A DNA stretch of 63,112 nucleotides, filler included, from Nemertoderma westbladi (taxonomy: Eukaryota; Animalia; Xenacoelomorpha), in assembly GCA_032718475.1 (NCBI GenBank). It is 3 parts of 3 records of this genome, joined end to end, with 100 filler letters (N's around TTAATTAATTAA, not from the genome) between each part and the next. Parts side by side here need not be neighbours in the genome. Positions count along the whole stretch, not along the records: positions 1 to 25,649 come from JAUCBJ010000101.1; positions 25,750 to 56,108 come from JAUCBJ010005297.1; 1 more part is not named here. The stretch is one strand, 5' to 3'. The notes under the pieces are model-generated. The model ran no database searches. It saw only the letters and a program-made list of their open reading frames with translations, and was not told the origin of the DNA. The position numbers and the translations under genes were made by a program. Each line of letters opens with the position of its first letter. Position 1 is the first letter of the stretch. Positions 21,801 to 32,020 of this stretch are shown one piece after another.

Positions 21801-23143
21801 AATGTTTCCGGCGATTTTTAACCCCGTTCCGCAACGTGGATAGCCAATTTAAAGACCGCGCTTTGACCAAGCTCAGCCTAAGAAACTCAGCTGCAGAGAA
21901 GTTGGATAGCGCTGGATTCGCCGTTTTCCAAGAGATTTGTATATCGAACTTGCACTCCTCTGTTATACAAAGACCTCGAATCCCCACAGGTTATTCTGTC
22001 GTGGAAATTCAGACAATAGGTCCACCTGAAGAGACAGACGCGCCCACTTCAGCTATGCACTTGGAAGACGAACCAATATGTCTAGAATCTGAAGAGATTC
22101 AGCCTATCGCGCCCCGGAACAGCGACAACGATTACATCATAGAATGGTATCAAGGTCCACAGTGTCTCACTGCGTACGATTATCGACATGCCAACTATGT
22201 TTCCCGGCAACGTTGTCGGTTATGCGCATCGAGAGACCACGATACGCCCATGGACACCAACGTCCGCTGTTCCTATTTCCAAGAACAACCGACTATGGAA
22301 ATTTATTGCGCATATTGCAGACTCAATAACTTGCATATCTTTGCGGTTTGCCCTCAATTTATGACTCAATGTCACCATTGTCAACTAAAGGGACATGCCA
22401 GTTTCGATTGCCCTTTTAATCACGATTTGGAAAGCGTAGATGAAATGATCACACTACGTTACATCAGAGCTTGGGAAGCGAACGCTGATTTACATTGTGA
22501 TTCGCGCCATCGCTATTATCCCGGACGCGCTTACGAAGGAGTTTATGCGTTCCATCCTTATCTATTCGCTTCGGTTGAACAGAAATCACGCATATCAAGT
22601 TACGAGCTACTGAAGCGCGTCGGAGAATGTATTTCAACCAAATTCGTACGCAAATTTCTCAGGAGTGTTAATCCTAGCGACCTTCATTCCTATAACTTAA
22701 TCAATTATATCTGTCAGGATCCGGACTATGGAGACTTGTTTGTTAACTCACACCCCGAGTTACAGGAAGTATATCGACGGCCTTACGAATACCGAGCACG
22801 CGAACGCGAGTTGGAAAGGACCATTAAACCCCGGAGGTTTCTAACTGCCTATGGTCCACCCACGGCCCTCATTCAGACCACTCGTAAAGGACCCGTAAGA
22901 GCGGCTGTCTTGAAACGAGCTCTCAAAGCCGTTAGACCTCTCTCCCCTGACGATGATGTCAATCAACCCGGTACTTCGACTGGCGGATACACCGACCATA
23001 ATCCTACACCCTCTGATGCAATCATATTGCACCCTTCACCCAGGAGTTATAGCCCTCCTTGTAAAGTGGCTCGCCCCAAAGAGAAAAGGACTCTGGCTAG
23101 CTTTAAAAAACTGCGTAAACGCCGTCCACGCAAGAAAGACTAA
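18890..23143 (+). CDS. 1417-aa LTR-retrotransposon accessory protein with DEDDy (WRN/EXD/RNase D-like) 3'-5' exonuclease domain and Zn knuckles
   Basis: ExoI VVTYDNEG; LPQPVLEMLFNERILKIGSAVYGD (ExoII); FVDTQLIA; SIGHLAFQEYG; PLRPSLAIYTIFE (ExoIII-like); CRLC..H, CAYC...H...C, CHHCQLKGHASFDC; basic C-terminus. Intronless and intact. Confidence 0.8.
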   Translation: MTELIEDDLGIRERYTLPLQAFVDSLIRGEADPTITEDDGRYIEPPMSQEQLARELDYRKFTTRYTNRNGTYMDFLTTGHPIDLHDTDDVDTEREMVLFKYHTQRSRNDKPRIDHENSIRNKLERENIEEPDKRIDFNEYLEFLRETYLNIASQQNLETRYPQGIHHDPVVELKRLYFTMMYLTADRPLPVIPDSFEQMEEYCKTGERSPAFPLQDVRLWYYCDECPRPNQQTERHKHPRRRCAKHSFTRYTYGSFERNLFDIPPTIARLKRSLNKPMIRVPEYSVRPPHSLVRPQTLDPNSITDPPELYSLFKDLVLPEQLIGGAPVVGSLDIRPSYLAGLGRGQLISPFDPYNPPGLNPMQPATEVEESVIRNALDAIRQKIGKGTQDCLEKRKLQQQVQSVKELALPQFDREIQNLEEDIELGCTYSLQEFLDERLQRQAEEILLEEKHTKLEEREEAALAQPEAQILMTDLYSKTIRHPSMIPHFGDKLFATIQPQPVDISTGSQNLIADAPMLQRPPIEAACVDGILVEPPDNRADLVRRMVHDVNIRARPLQNSFYGIKDHPYYVNLTQYYMVKPEDPTHNLKFLPLINPLDIVELEQLQKHLDQLVKVNSFRKPYNISRIEKDIEPPYNLDGFIKTRLVHWNLDVLFEEEKIQRYGNVETYTTRHMKYSDLPDANQCATLWHPVGMTLENATKEWNETLNVIEMYGVVTYDNEGSVPVGELGTTRMIHIRGLAGSTHVFTRACSDVIDYSFETLTETQKNLRHGQFELAQRYVIDTERKPAMGIDGSMLPQPVLEMLFNERILKIGSAVYGDLQNDFRNMENIPYPFVDTQLIAPWAEGRGFFRTMYANTSSNITKVQRTSIGHLAFQEYGWNFKVGNPINYQQVYGDHYSRLYFDGPLTAPGAVYSFMSVPLRPSLAIYTIFENTALAGWLADVCSRTIRAHPLILGTKLAKLDEHNKFICFECFRRFLTPFRNVDSQFKDRALTKLSLRNSAAEKLDSAGFAVFQEICISNLHSSVIQRPRIPTGYSVVEIQTIGPPEETDAPTSAMHLEDEPICLESEEIQPIAPRNSDNDYIIEWYQGPQCLTAYDYRHANYVSRQRCRLCASRDHDTPMDTNVRCSYFQEQPTMEIYCAYCRLNNLHIFAVCPQFMTQCHHCQLKGHASFDCPFNHDLESVDEMITLRYIRAWEANADLHCDSRHRYYPGRAYEGVYAFHPYLFASVEQKSRISSYELLKRVGECISTKFVRKFLRSVNPSDLHSYNLINYICQDPDYGDLFVNSHPELQEVYRRPYEYRARERELERTIKPRRFLTAYGPPTALIQTTRKGPVRAAVLKRALKAVRPLSPDDDVNQPGTSTGGYTDHNPTPSDAIILHPSPRSYSPPCKVARPKEKRTLASFKKLRKRRPRKKD

Positions 23144-23208
23144 CTGTTTAGAGTATTTATGTATATTAGAAACTGTGATTTTGTATATTTTATAGACTCA
23201 AATCCCAT

Positions 23209-24450
23209 TTTCTGGGAGCGGTGTAAAAGCTTCTGTGGGATATAACTGGCCCCTTTGCTTCGCAATCCAGTTTCCCCCCAGGCGCTGGAATACTCTAAAA
23301 GGTTCTCTAACGGTATATATATTCCCCTCGCCCGCAAGGTACCGTTACAGGTGTTTTAACGGACATAAAAGTCATTCGTCTATATACCTGCTTTGGCGGA
23401 CATGGTAAGGCAAAAAACCCGCAATGCACCAAATACCTTTACACGGCTTGGCCTTGATGATTCAGATTGCGACATCTAGCAGCTGGTTGCTGGCATGGAA
23501 ACAGCCATTGGACGCACGGTTCTTTGTTTGGTTTGAGCCAATCAGAGCGATTTTTTCTGTCGACGTGTAGATATTCGGCCGATGATACTAGGAGTGTTCA
23601 ATCTTACGGTTTTTTCTTGATACTTTGTGTTGTTGCTATCTAGGCCAGGAACACCGGCTCTAGAGTCAATTCGTTTTTCATACTTTAGGAGAAACATTAG
23701 TAGGCTTAAATTATAAAGCGTATAACTGTTATCAATTCAATTCACACATTACTTATCTTATCATAACAACTGATCGCAATTCAGTTTTACTTTATCGGTT
23801 CAATATACATTATTATACTGCTATTTACTATTGTTTGGTTGAATATTATTTGGAGAACATTTATAAAGAACCCAAATTTCCCAATTTTCTTGATACACTA
23901 CAGGTTAGAGAGACGGGTTATATATAGCGATTGCGACTTATATTGTTGTGGTTTGTAGTGAATTTAATGCTATTTGGTAAGCCCTACATGAGTCAATTGC
24001 TGTTCGCTTTATATATGATAAAATTCATTGACGGTCGGCAAATTAGTGAGCAGTATTGTGTGTTACCGGTAGTGTGCCTGATGGTGATTGATAACTAAGC
24101 ATTTCCTAAAGAATGCGCCTCATACGTGAATTATAAGCCTTACCGACTTACCGTTGTGATTAGTATAAGTCATATCTCTGTTTACCTAGATAGAGCGCCA
24201 CGTCCTAAAGGGACTGTTAATATTTCCCGAAATAATATTAGTCAGAAATTATTTATTAACGATCAATCGAATAATACAGTAAGCTTACACTGCAATAATA
24301 ATCTAAGCCCTCAGAATCCAGTCTCCCGGGTATATCCAGCGGGTGAATGGACGCGCACTAGGCTGGCTTCTGCTAATGTTGTGTTTATTGGTATTAAATA
24401 TTTGTCATCTTCTAAAGTCTATTTATAAACCAAAAGACATATAAATTTTG
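23209..24450 (+). repeat. PPT-like tract (TTCTGGGAGCGG) then long LTR starting TGTAAAAGC at 23222; right end approximate
   Basis: Repeat copy at 25541 begins exactly at the TGT; a diverged homolog at 51175-52140 has the same GGGAGCGG / AAAGCTTCTG junction and shared blocks (GGGACTGTTAATA, ATCAATCGA). Confidence 0.7.
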
Positions 24451-24652
24451 GCAGGTTAAACTGCTAAAGGTCTTCAAAAGCGCGTACAACTACCCAGTTC
24501 AGCACTATCACGGGAACTTGTATATTCTTGCTGCCTGTTGAAATGGAGATGGATGCAGACCGAAATATTTATTTTAACGGTTGTACTACTGTATTAGGCC
24601 TAATATTGCTTAGTCAAAGCAGAAGAGCCGAAAAAGGTCGAAAAATTAGACA

Positions 24653-25389
24653 GTGAATGACGCCTGTCAGCTCGTAACAGTGTACGAGAAGTACCATGGC
24701 CTCGTTAGTGGTTCTTTTAATAAAACGAAAAACATAACTCCGGAATCGAAGGAGCGTGCATGGCAGGTCATGCTAAATCGATTTAACGCTTCGGGGGTCG
24801 AGGCTCCTCGATCGAAAGACGAACTAATTAAAAAGATAGAAAACACAAAACAAGTTGTTCGCACTAAAATACCATCGAACCGGAGGTGGACCACCGGTTC
24901 CGCAACCCCCCGTTTATGTCATGAAGATGTTCGTAATAATTCACGGTTCAAGTGGCGATGTTATTTTTGGTATAGGATCTGGGGCGGAGTGTGGTGGATC
25001 TAGCACTACTGGTAATGATATTCGCGGAAAATAAAATATTCCGATACCTCCAGCCCAGCACCAGTTAGTACAGGAACCGATCCTGGTAGATCGATCATAG
25101 ATCACTCATCCGAATCTTTGCGGCCAAATGCATTTGTGCCACCAGGGTCAAATCGACGGAGACTGCTCTAGATGTTCAATTGGTTCAACAGCAGTTGTTA
25201 ATGGTAAAAGAAAACCGGTATTTAATTTACGTTAAGAAATTAAACGCCATAGAAGAGATGAGACGATTGAATCTTCTGGTTCCAGATCCTCAAATGTTTA
25301 CGTTGGATGCTTCAGCTGTTGAGACTTCAGGAGTTGGAGATGAAGATAACGGATGTAGGCCAATACTAGAGGAACCTCCAGTTATCTAA
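24653..25389 (+). pseudogene. Myb/SANT-like DNA-binding protein of PIF/Harbinger type, fragmented
   Basis: LVTVYEKY..LV.G......TPESKERAWQVMLNRFNA.....RSKDELIKKIEN matches the MSANTD/Harbinger ORF pattern; helical tail at 25180-25389. Confidence 0.7.
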
Positions 25390-25540
25390 ATTGGCAATAA
25401 TGCCGAGGTAATGTTTGTTGACAACAACCTGGCTCGAAACATTCTTCATCAGATTACTTTGTTAAATGATAAATAAACTGAGTATTTTTTTTAATAATAT
25501 GCAATTAAATAATATCAAAGTATTTACTGTTCAAAATAAT

Positions 25541-25649
25541 TGTAAAAGCTTCTGTGGGATATAACTGGCCCCTTTGCTTCGCAATCCAGTTTCCCCCTAG
25601 GCGCTGGAATACTCTAAAAGGGTTCTCTAACTGTATATATATTCCCCTT
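25541..25649 (+). repeat. Second copy of LTR start, runs into gap
   Basis: Near-identical to 23222-23328; no PPT in front. Confidence 0.9.
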
Positions 25650-25749
25650 NNNNNNNNNNNNNNNNNNNNNNNNNNNNNNNNNNNNNNNNNNNNTTAATTA
25701 ATTAANNNNNNNNNNNNNNNNNNNNNNNNNNNNNNNNNNNNNNNNNNNN
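25650..25749. other. Assembly gap with TTAATTAATTAA linker
   Basis: 100 nt of N with an artificial spacer; same format at 56109-56208. Confidence 0.97.
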
Positions 25750-26619
25750 CCACTCTAACTTCTCTCTAGTTCTCTCTAATATCTCTCTAGTTTTTAATTC
25801 ATACGCTGCCAGATTTATCTCCTGCACCCTTCTTTCTTTTGCGGAGGATGTAGCAGACTTATGGGTTGTGACAGATTCCCTCCGCCTTCCCGTTCTACTG
25901 ACTCTCCCCCGCCTCCCGGAACTCCCTCCGACCGACGAGACCGAATCCTCGGGGTCAACCTCGGATTTGCCCTCCTGCGGTCTCCTCCAACCCACTAATT
26001 TTACTCCCCGGGCATCGACTAAGTATGGCCCTATGTACAATACACTAGGCTGCATACCCTTATACTCCCATAGTTCAAGCAGTTCGCTGGCAACCCCTCT
26101 TGCTCTCTCCTCAGCTAGTTCTCCCTGCCCAGAACGCACTAGGTAATCAAAATGTTCATTTGACTCACCTAGTCGCCTTTTCAACTTCACCTGCTCTATC
26201 TCGGCCCCTCCTCTAGCTTCTTTCAGTTGTTCCCGGGACGCGGCATAGGCTCGTCGGAGCTGGACGACCCTGACGTCCTCGTCGCCGACATCTCCTATCT
26301 CCCTCCGGGTCCGGCGTCGTACCGGCGGCTCCACCGTTGCCGTTCCGGTGGGCCGTCCGTCGCCCTCGGCCTGTGGCTGGCCGGCGACATCGGCACGTCG
26401 AACGCCATCGTGTGTCGACTCGTCTCTCTCTTCTCCCGACTCGTCTTTCCCTCCTCTCGACTCGCTCTCTCGTTGTAGACGGCCCCCCTCCTCTTTGGTT
26501 GCCGGATCGTTCATCGACGGATCCGGCGTCGTGGGTCGATACCGTCTCGCCGTGGCCTTGCGGATCGTTAGATCGTCGTCCGGGGTCCGTGGCGGTGTCG
26601 TCTTTCCTTCTCTACTCAT
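25750..26619 (-). CDS. N-terminus of a BEL/Pao-like Gag, cut by gap
   Basis: Charged low-complexity ORF with VDPEDSVSSVG...S-rich then coiled coil, a pattern common in BEL Gag; starts 38 nt downstream of a candidate LTR. Confidence 0.6.
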
Positions 26620-26656
26620 TCTCTAGTAGTTAGCTCGGGCCGTTGGATCTTAACAC

Positions 26657-27002
26657 TGTGACGGGATCCACCGAGGATCCCAGTTTATCTGGTTATCTTG
26701 ACTACACGTCCCCGCCGTGTATGTGAAAAGGCTGAAAGAGTTCTGATGTTGATCCGTGTATGTATAGATATATAGATAAGATGGAAATAAGCACAGGTGA
26801 ATAAGTACCGGTAATGCACTGAATAAGATAGGCTGATAGCAGTGGACGGGGACGGTGTTAAGAGTTCCCGTACCACCCTAACTAACTGACTAACTAAGAG
26901 TGAATGGGATAACATGATGACTGGCAATATATATTGCACGGTTGGCCACGTGGTGTTACTCAGTCGATGCCTTCCCCCCATTGGCTAATAGCTCACTTCA
27001 CA
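26657..27002 (-). repeat. Candidate 5' LTR (346 bp)
   Basis: TGTGA...TCACA termini; CCAAT and TATATA on the minus strand; directly upstream of Gag-like ORF. Confidence 0.55.
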
Positions 27003-27242
27003 CCCTCTGCCCTGCGGGGGTGTTTCCCCCCCCCCCCCCCCCCCCCCTGCTGAGGTTACTTTCCTCTCTCTCAGAGGTGTAACCCCTGACCCCTATTGTG
27101 TGTGTGTTCTCTGGGGCCTATTGTCCCCATTTACTGGGGTGACACGAGGTTGATTGGTAATCAACCTCATGCTCCCAATATTGCTTAGAGGTGCTCTTTC
27201 CCACTTTATGGGGGTTTGGTGAGGTGGAATTGAATCCGCTCA

Positions 27243-29142
27243 TAATCCGAATTTAAATAATGCAACAATTAAACGAAAAGGTATATTTCCCTACGAGTAT
27301 CTGACAGATTTAAATAAATTCAATGATTCGAAATTACCATCAATAGACAATTTTTATAGTAAATTAACACAAAATACCTGTACACCCGAGGAATATAGTT
27401 TTGCCAACACATCATGGAGTCAGTTTGACTGTTCAAATCTCAAGGATTATCTTTTAGCATACTTAAAACTCGATGTTTGTCTCCTCGCTGATATATTTGA
27501 GAACTTTAGGAGAGTATGTAGACAAAACTACGAATTAGAAGTAGTTTACTATTGCAGTATCGCAGCTTTCACTTATGATTGCGCCCTGAAATACAATAAA
27601 TGTAAGTTAGCATTAATAAAAGATTACCAAACATATAGAGATTTTGAAGCATCTATTAGAGGAGGGGTTTCATTCTGTCGAAAGCATTACATAGAATCAA
27701 ATATACCAGATACTGATAATTATGATCCAAGCAAGGAAGAGTGTCATATTTTCAATATAGATTTTAATTCCTTGTATTCGGGTAATTTAAGTAAAAAGCT
27801 ACCTGTTTCAGGTTTTGAACAACTCAACGTTACATATTTAGAGAATGCTGCTTCCAGAAGAACTAATGAACTATTTAACAAATCTTGATACTGAAGGGGA
27901 TATTGGGTTTTTCTTAATTTGCGATTTGAAATATCCCAAAGATATTCATGATCGAACATTAGAACTACCCTTAGCCCCAGAACATTTAAGCATAAATGAA
28001 ACAATGCTTTCACCATATATGAGAGACCAATTTAATAATGTATGTAAACAAAGAGGTACTAATAGCAAGTATAAGATGTCTACTCCAAAACTTATGTTGA
28101 CACAATTCGATAAAGAATTTTATCATTTACATTTGAAACTGTTAAAATTTTATATAAAACAAGGTTTAATTGTTACTAAGCTACATAAATTGTATTCTTT
28201 CCATCAAGACTTTGTATTTAAACCCTATATAGATTTTAATATTAATCAAAGACGATTTAGCAAAAACTTATATTGAAACAGCTGTTGCAAAGCTGCTGAA
28301 TAACTCGTTATTTGGTAAAACAATAGAGAAGATACGAGATCGCTGTAATTTCCGTATTGCTAATAGCAATGAGAAATGCGATCAATTGGTGAAACGTATA
28401 AATCACGAAAATTTCATGATTTATAGCAATTCCTTATCGGGACACTTATTAGTGAAAGACAGCGTGACACTAGATAAACCAATCTATGTAGGTAGTACTG
28501 TCTTGGATTTAGCAAAACTTGATATGTATGAGCTGTACTACGATAGATTTACCTATTGAGAAAGAATTAAACTGCCGAATTGAAATTGTAGCATCAGATA
28601 CAGACTCATTAATAGGTTGTTATTATAATACATCGCAGAGTAATTTCTTAAAAGCCTTAATTCGAAATAATATTCTAGATACCTCTAATTATCCCAAGGA
28701 TCACCCTCTCTACAGCGATAAAAATAAATCCAGACTCTATTACTGTAAAGACGAGTTGTGCTCACGAGAGATTAAGGAAGCTGTATTTTTACGTCCGAAG
28801 TTAGATTCAATTTTGGAATGGAATGAAACGAATGTACGACGGGCGAAAGGAATAACAAGAGCTGTTGTGGATAAAAAAATTTGCCACGAAGATTATTTAA
28901 GAGCATATAAGGATAACGAAGAAATTTCCAAGGAAACGCATCAATTTCAGAGTCAATTACACAAAGTGTACACTGTAGCACGAGATAAGTTTGCTCTCAG
29001 CGCATTTGACGATAAACTTTATTGGGTTAATAAAAATCATTCACTTCCCTGGGGTCACTATCAAACCAAGGTTGTAAAACCAGTAAAAAAAATAAATATA
29101 CCTATTTATCGGGAACCAAACAATGAACTATCAGATAGTTAA
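27243..29142 (+). pseudogene. Protein-primed family B DNA polymerase, 5'-truncated, several frameshifts
   Basis: RKGIFPYEY, YLKLDVCLLADIFENFR, SIRGG, IDFNSLY, KLLNNSLFGKT, KPIYVG, SDTDS, LDTSNYPKDHPL, KDE, RAKGI, DDK. Confidence 0.93.
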
Positions 29143-29677
29143 TAAGAATGTAAGTTGCCATAGAGTGTCAGCGATTAACTTGAAAGAATTAAAAAATCAA
29201 TTATCCGGTAAACACATACTCAATCCAAATCAGTTTATATATAAGATATTTGGTGCCACATTATTAATATTTAAAAATGGTCGTATTACATTATTAGGTA
29301 GTAAGTATAATTTCCAAAAAGTAAAAAAGCATATATTTGATAAAACAAGTATTAATTTGATTTTAAAATCTGTTAATTTATATACTTATATTTTTAGTAT
29401 TAACTCTGTAGTCTATAGGTTATTGATAAACAATACCGGGTTTTATGTTGTCTTTGATAATGTACAACTTCAAGTTATATATGAACCTGAAATTTTTAAT
29501 AATTGCAAAAAAAGAATAAATAATACCGTAGTCATTTGCTGCTTTCATACCGGTAAATGTACTTTAATGTGTTCACCTAGCAAATTTCACATTTATTACC
29601 CTATATTTAGTAAACTGGTTAATTATTTATTAATGTTTGGTGTTGTGACTTTAGGTGTAGAATATATCAGTAATTAG
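29123..29677 (+). CDS. Divergent TATA-binding-protein (TBP)-fold protein, 184 aa
   Basis: Aligns by eye with both TBP repeats: YQIVN..S......INLKEL; NPNQF..KI.GATLLIFKNGRITLLGSK (TBP NPKRF...TTALIFSSGKMVCTGAK); YEPEIF (YEPELF); VVICCFHTGKCTL (VLLIFVSGKVVL); IYYPIF. Confidence 0.8.
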   Translation: MNYQIVNKNVSCHRVSAINLKELKNQLSGKHILNPNQFIYKIFGATLLIFKNGRITLLGSKYNFQKVKKHIFDKTSINLILKSVNLYTYIFSINSVVYRLLINNTGFYVVFDNVQLQVIYEPEIFNNCKKRINNTVVICCFHTGKCTLMCSPSKFHIYYPIFSKLVNYLLMFGVVTLGVEYISN

Positions 29678-29764
29678 AAGGTGAAAATTAAAAATTATTA
29701 TTTTTCAATCGATCTATCGGTAGTTAGGGAAAACTAACCTCGTTTGAATAAGCATGACTCTCAC

Positions 29765-30565
29765 AGGCTGACTGCGTAGCCTAGCTGGCCTTTGCCTCCC
29801 CTCCTGACTGCGTGGCTGGCTGCGTGGCTGGCTGCGTGGCTGGTTGCGTGGCTGGCTGCAAAGCTGGCTGTGAAGCTGGCTGCATCCCCAGCAGCGTGGC
29901 TGACGACAACTAGCTGCGAGGCTGAATGCATGCATCTGATTGTAACTAGCTCACGATATTGCATACATTGGGTTAGTTTGTTACTACAGGTACTGTTACA
30001 TTAATACTGTAGTACTGCAGTACAATACTAATCGAAGGAAATCAGTATGCTCTATCTGACTATACTGTTACAACAACAGTGACAGTACTGCAGTACTGTA
30101 TTGTTTGGGTAGGGGATCTAATCCCTGTATGTGAGACCCATGTGAGCAATCCAGGTCATGACTGCAGTATGGCAGTATGCTAATCAAGGTTCGGGTAGAC
30201 TGCAGTATCCTTATAGGTGAAAAAAAAACAAATGCTATTGAATCAGATTACTGCTGTACTGATTACCGGTAGACCGCGACTGCAGTGTTGGAAGAGTAGA
30301 ATACTACCAGTAAATTTCAACTCCAACTGCTAGCGATAGGTTAGTAATTAAGCATTTTCAGAATCAAGGCACAGCCTGTCTGCAGTATGCTTATCATATC
30401 AAGGTACTGTCTGACTGTTGTATGCTTATCAAGGCACAGTCTGACTGTAGTATGCTTATACAGTCATAGGTGGAAAAAAAACAAATGCTATTGACAGATT
30501 GAACTAGATTACTGATACCGGTAGACCGCGACTGCAGTGTTGGAAGAGTAAAACACTACCGGTAC
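29765..30565. repeat. Non-coding repetitive segment: 12-bp GGCTGCGTGGCT array, GACTGCAGTATGC motifs, ~110-bp duplication (30215 / 30467)
   Basis: Directly visible; GC content differs from flanking Polinton genes. Confidence 0.75.
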
Positions 30566-30972
30566 TGATAAAGTGGATGACAGTTGTGGATAGGCCTATA
30601 CTAAATTATTGAATTTAACAGTACCGGTACCAACAGGTTAACATTACATCCTGTACAGATTATGTTGCATTTCTGACTAATATTACTAAAGTTATATCAC
30701 TGGTCAACTACTGTATGTGTTATTAGTTTGCGACATATAGGATGTTTCGCAATACCGGTACAACTATATTAGAATGATATCGGGAATACTTACTGTATAT
30801 GTTACGTCTACGTCATATTGTTAAATGTGTATGGTTAACCTAGCGCAATTGATTTTTTTTAGAAAACTTGTTGTAAAAAAATTATATTTTATTATATTTT
30901 TATATTAACATCAAGACCATCACCAAAATAAAATTATATTATATCCCATCACTTTACAAGCTTAGAGTAAAC

Positions 30973-31547
30973 CTACTGTACATCATTCACCGCAGTTATT
31001 TTTTTCTGTTTATCACCTGTCTCAGTTAATCGCTTCGTTACATACCCTCCAATCCTTTTCGCTGAGCAGTAATTCAAGCAGCTATCACCATCTTTGTGAA
31101 AACTACATTTATCTTCTACAGTAGTTAATTTATCATGGAAAGGACACGGAGTTAAATAATTGTAATATAGTCGAAATATTCCCAATTTGTTCATCGATTT
31201 TGGAGCGTAAACATCAAGTTGGGTATTTAATATTGCGGCTTTCATCAACCCGAATACATATATATTATATTTATTTTTTAATTGTCTCTTCATGTACTTT
31301 TTAAAGTCATCATGCGAAATGTCGCCGTAATCCCAGGGTAAATACGATGTAATATCACGTAAATTGTTTACATGGGCTTTATTATTAATGCCAATAAGTT
31401 AATATCAGGAGGTCCTTTAATTAAAAACGTCTTTATATTAGTTTTACTGTATTTAGAATCGAATATAGCAAATTCTTTAAATACTATTGGATATTCCTTA
31501 TTGTCTATCCTATAATATTGAAAATCAACAAAAATAACATTATCCAT
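30973..31547 (-). pseudogene. Polinton accessory DEDD/DnaQ-like protein, one frameshift
   Basis: MDNVIFVDFQ...FKEFAI...KGPP, then shift, LPWDYGDI...IYVFGLMK...C.FH...C; resembles a small exonuclease-fold family I recall from invertebrate Polintons. Confidence 0.55.
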
Positions 31548-31591
31548 TTTATCGAATAATATTTTTAAATAAACAAAAGTTAAATGATTAA

Positions 31592-32020
31592 TTACAACGC
31601 TTGTTGGTTTATTTTATAATAATTAACAAGCCATTTATATAATATTATTTCATTTATTTCCACATTATTTGTAAATGCTCTCATTGGATAGTTTGTGTGA
31701 ATTCGATTTACCAAGTAATAAAGACAGTATAACCCGCATGTGGTCCTTCTATAGTCTTGAAATTGCCTGCGAGTAGTACACCACCTTGCTGAATTTTTCT
31801 CAAGCCATTTTTCAATACATCTGTTTGGAAATTTTGGACCAAACGAATTAAATAATTCAGCTTCATTATCTCGTATATATATAGCCACCCAATGAACACC
31901 AGGTAGATGCGCTTTATCAGTATTTACTATTAACCCATAGTCTCTTCGCTTACTATTATCTAATTTAGGTAATTTATTAGATAGAAATGCCCCCAAATAG
32001 TGACCACCCACTGGAATCAT
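31592..32020 (-). CDS. Adenain-like cysteine protease (N-terminus replaced by capsid fragment)
   Basis: IVNTD....PGVHWVA, FNSFG, Q......TCGLYCLYYL. Confidence 0.9.
   Translation of the reverse strand: MIPVGGHYLGAFLSNKLPKLDNSKRRDYGLIVNTDKAHLPGVHWVAIYIRDNEAELFNSFGPKFPNRCIEKWLEKNSARWCTTRRQFQDYRRTTCGLYCLYYLVNRIHTNYPMRAFTNNVEINEIILYKWLVNYYKINQQAL

Noticed and set aside
8626-23143. BEL gag (-) and exonuclease ORF (+) as one bidirectional element
   Set aside because: A distinct candidate LTR at 14724-15023 separates them and does not match the 23222 LTR.
25694-25705. TTAATTAATTAA within N runs
   Set aside because: Artificial scaffolding linker, repeated in the second gap.
29714-30004. Ala/Trp- and Ser/Gln-repeat ORFs
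   Set aside because: Products of the 12-bp tandem array.
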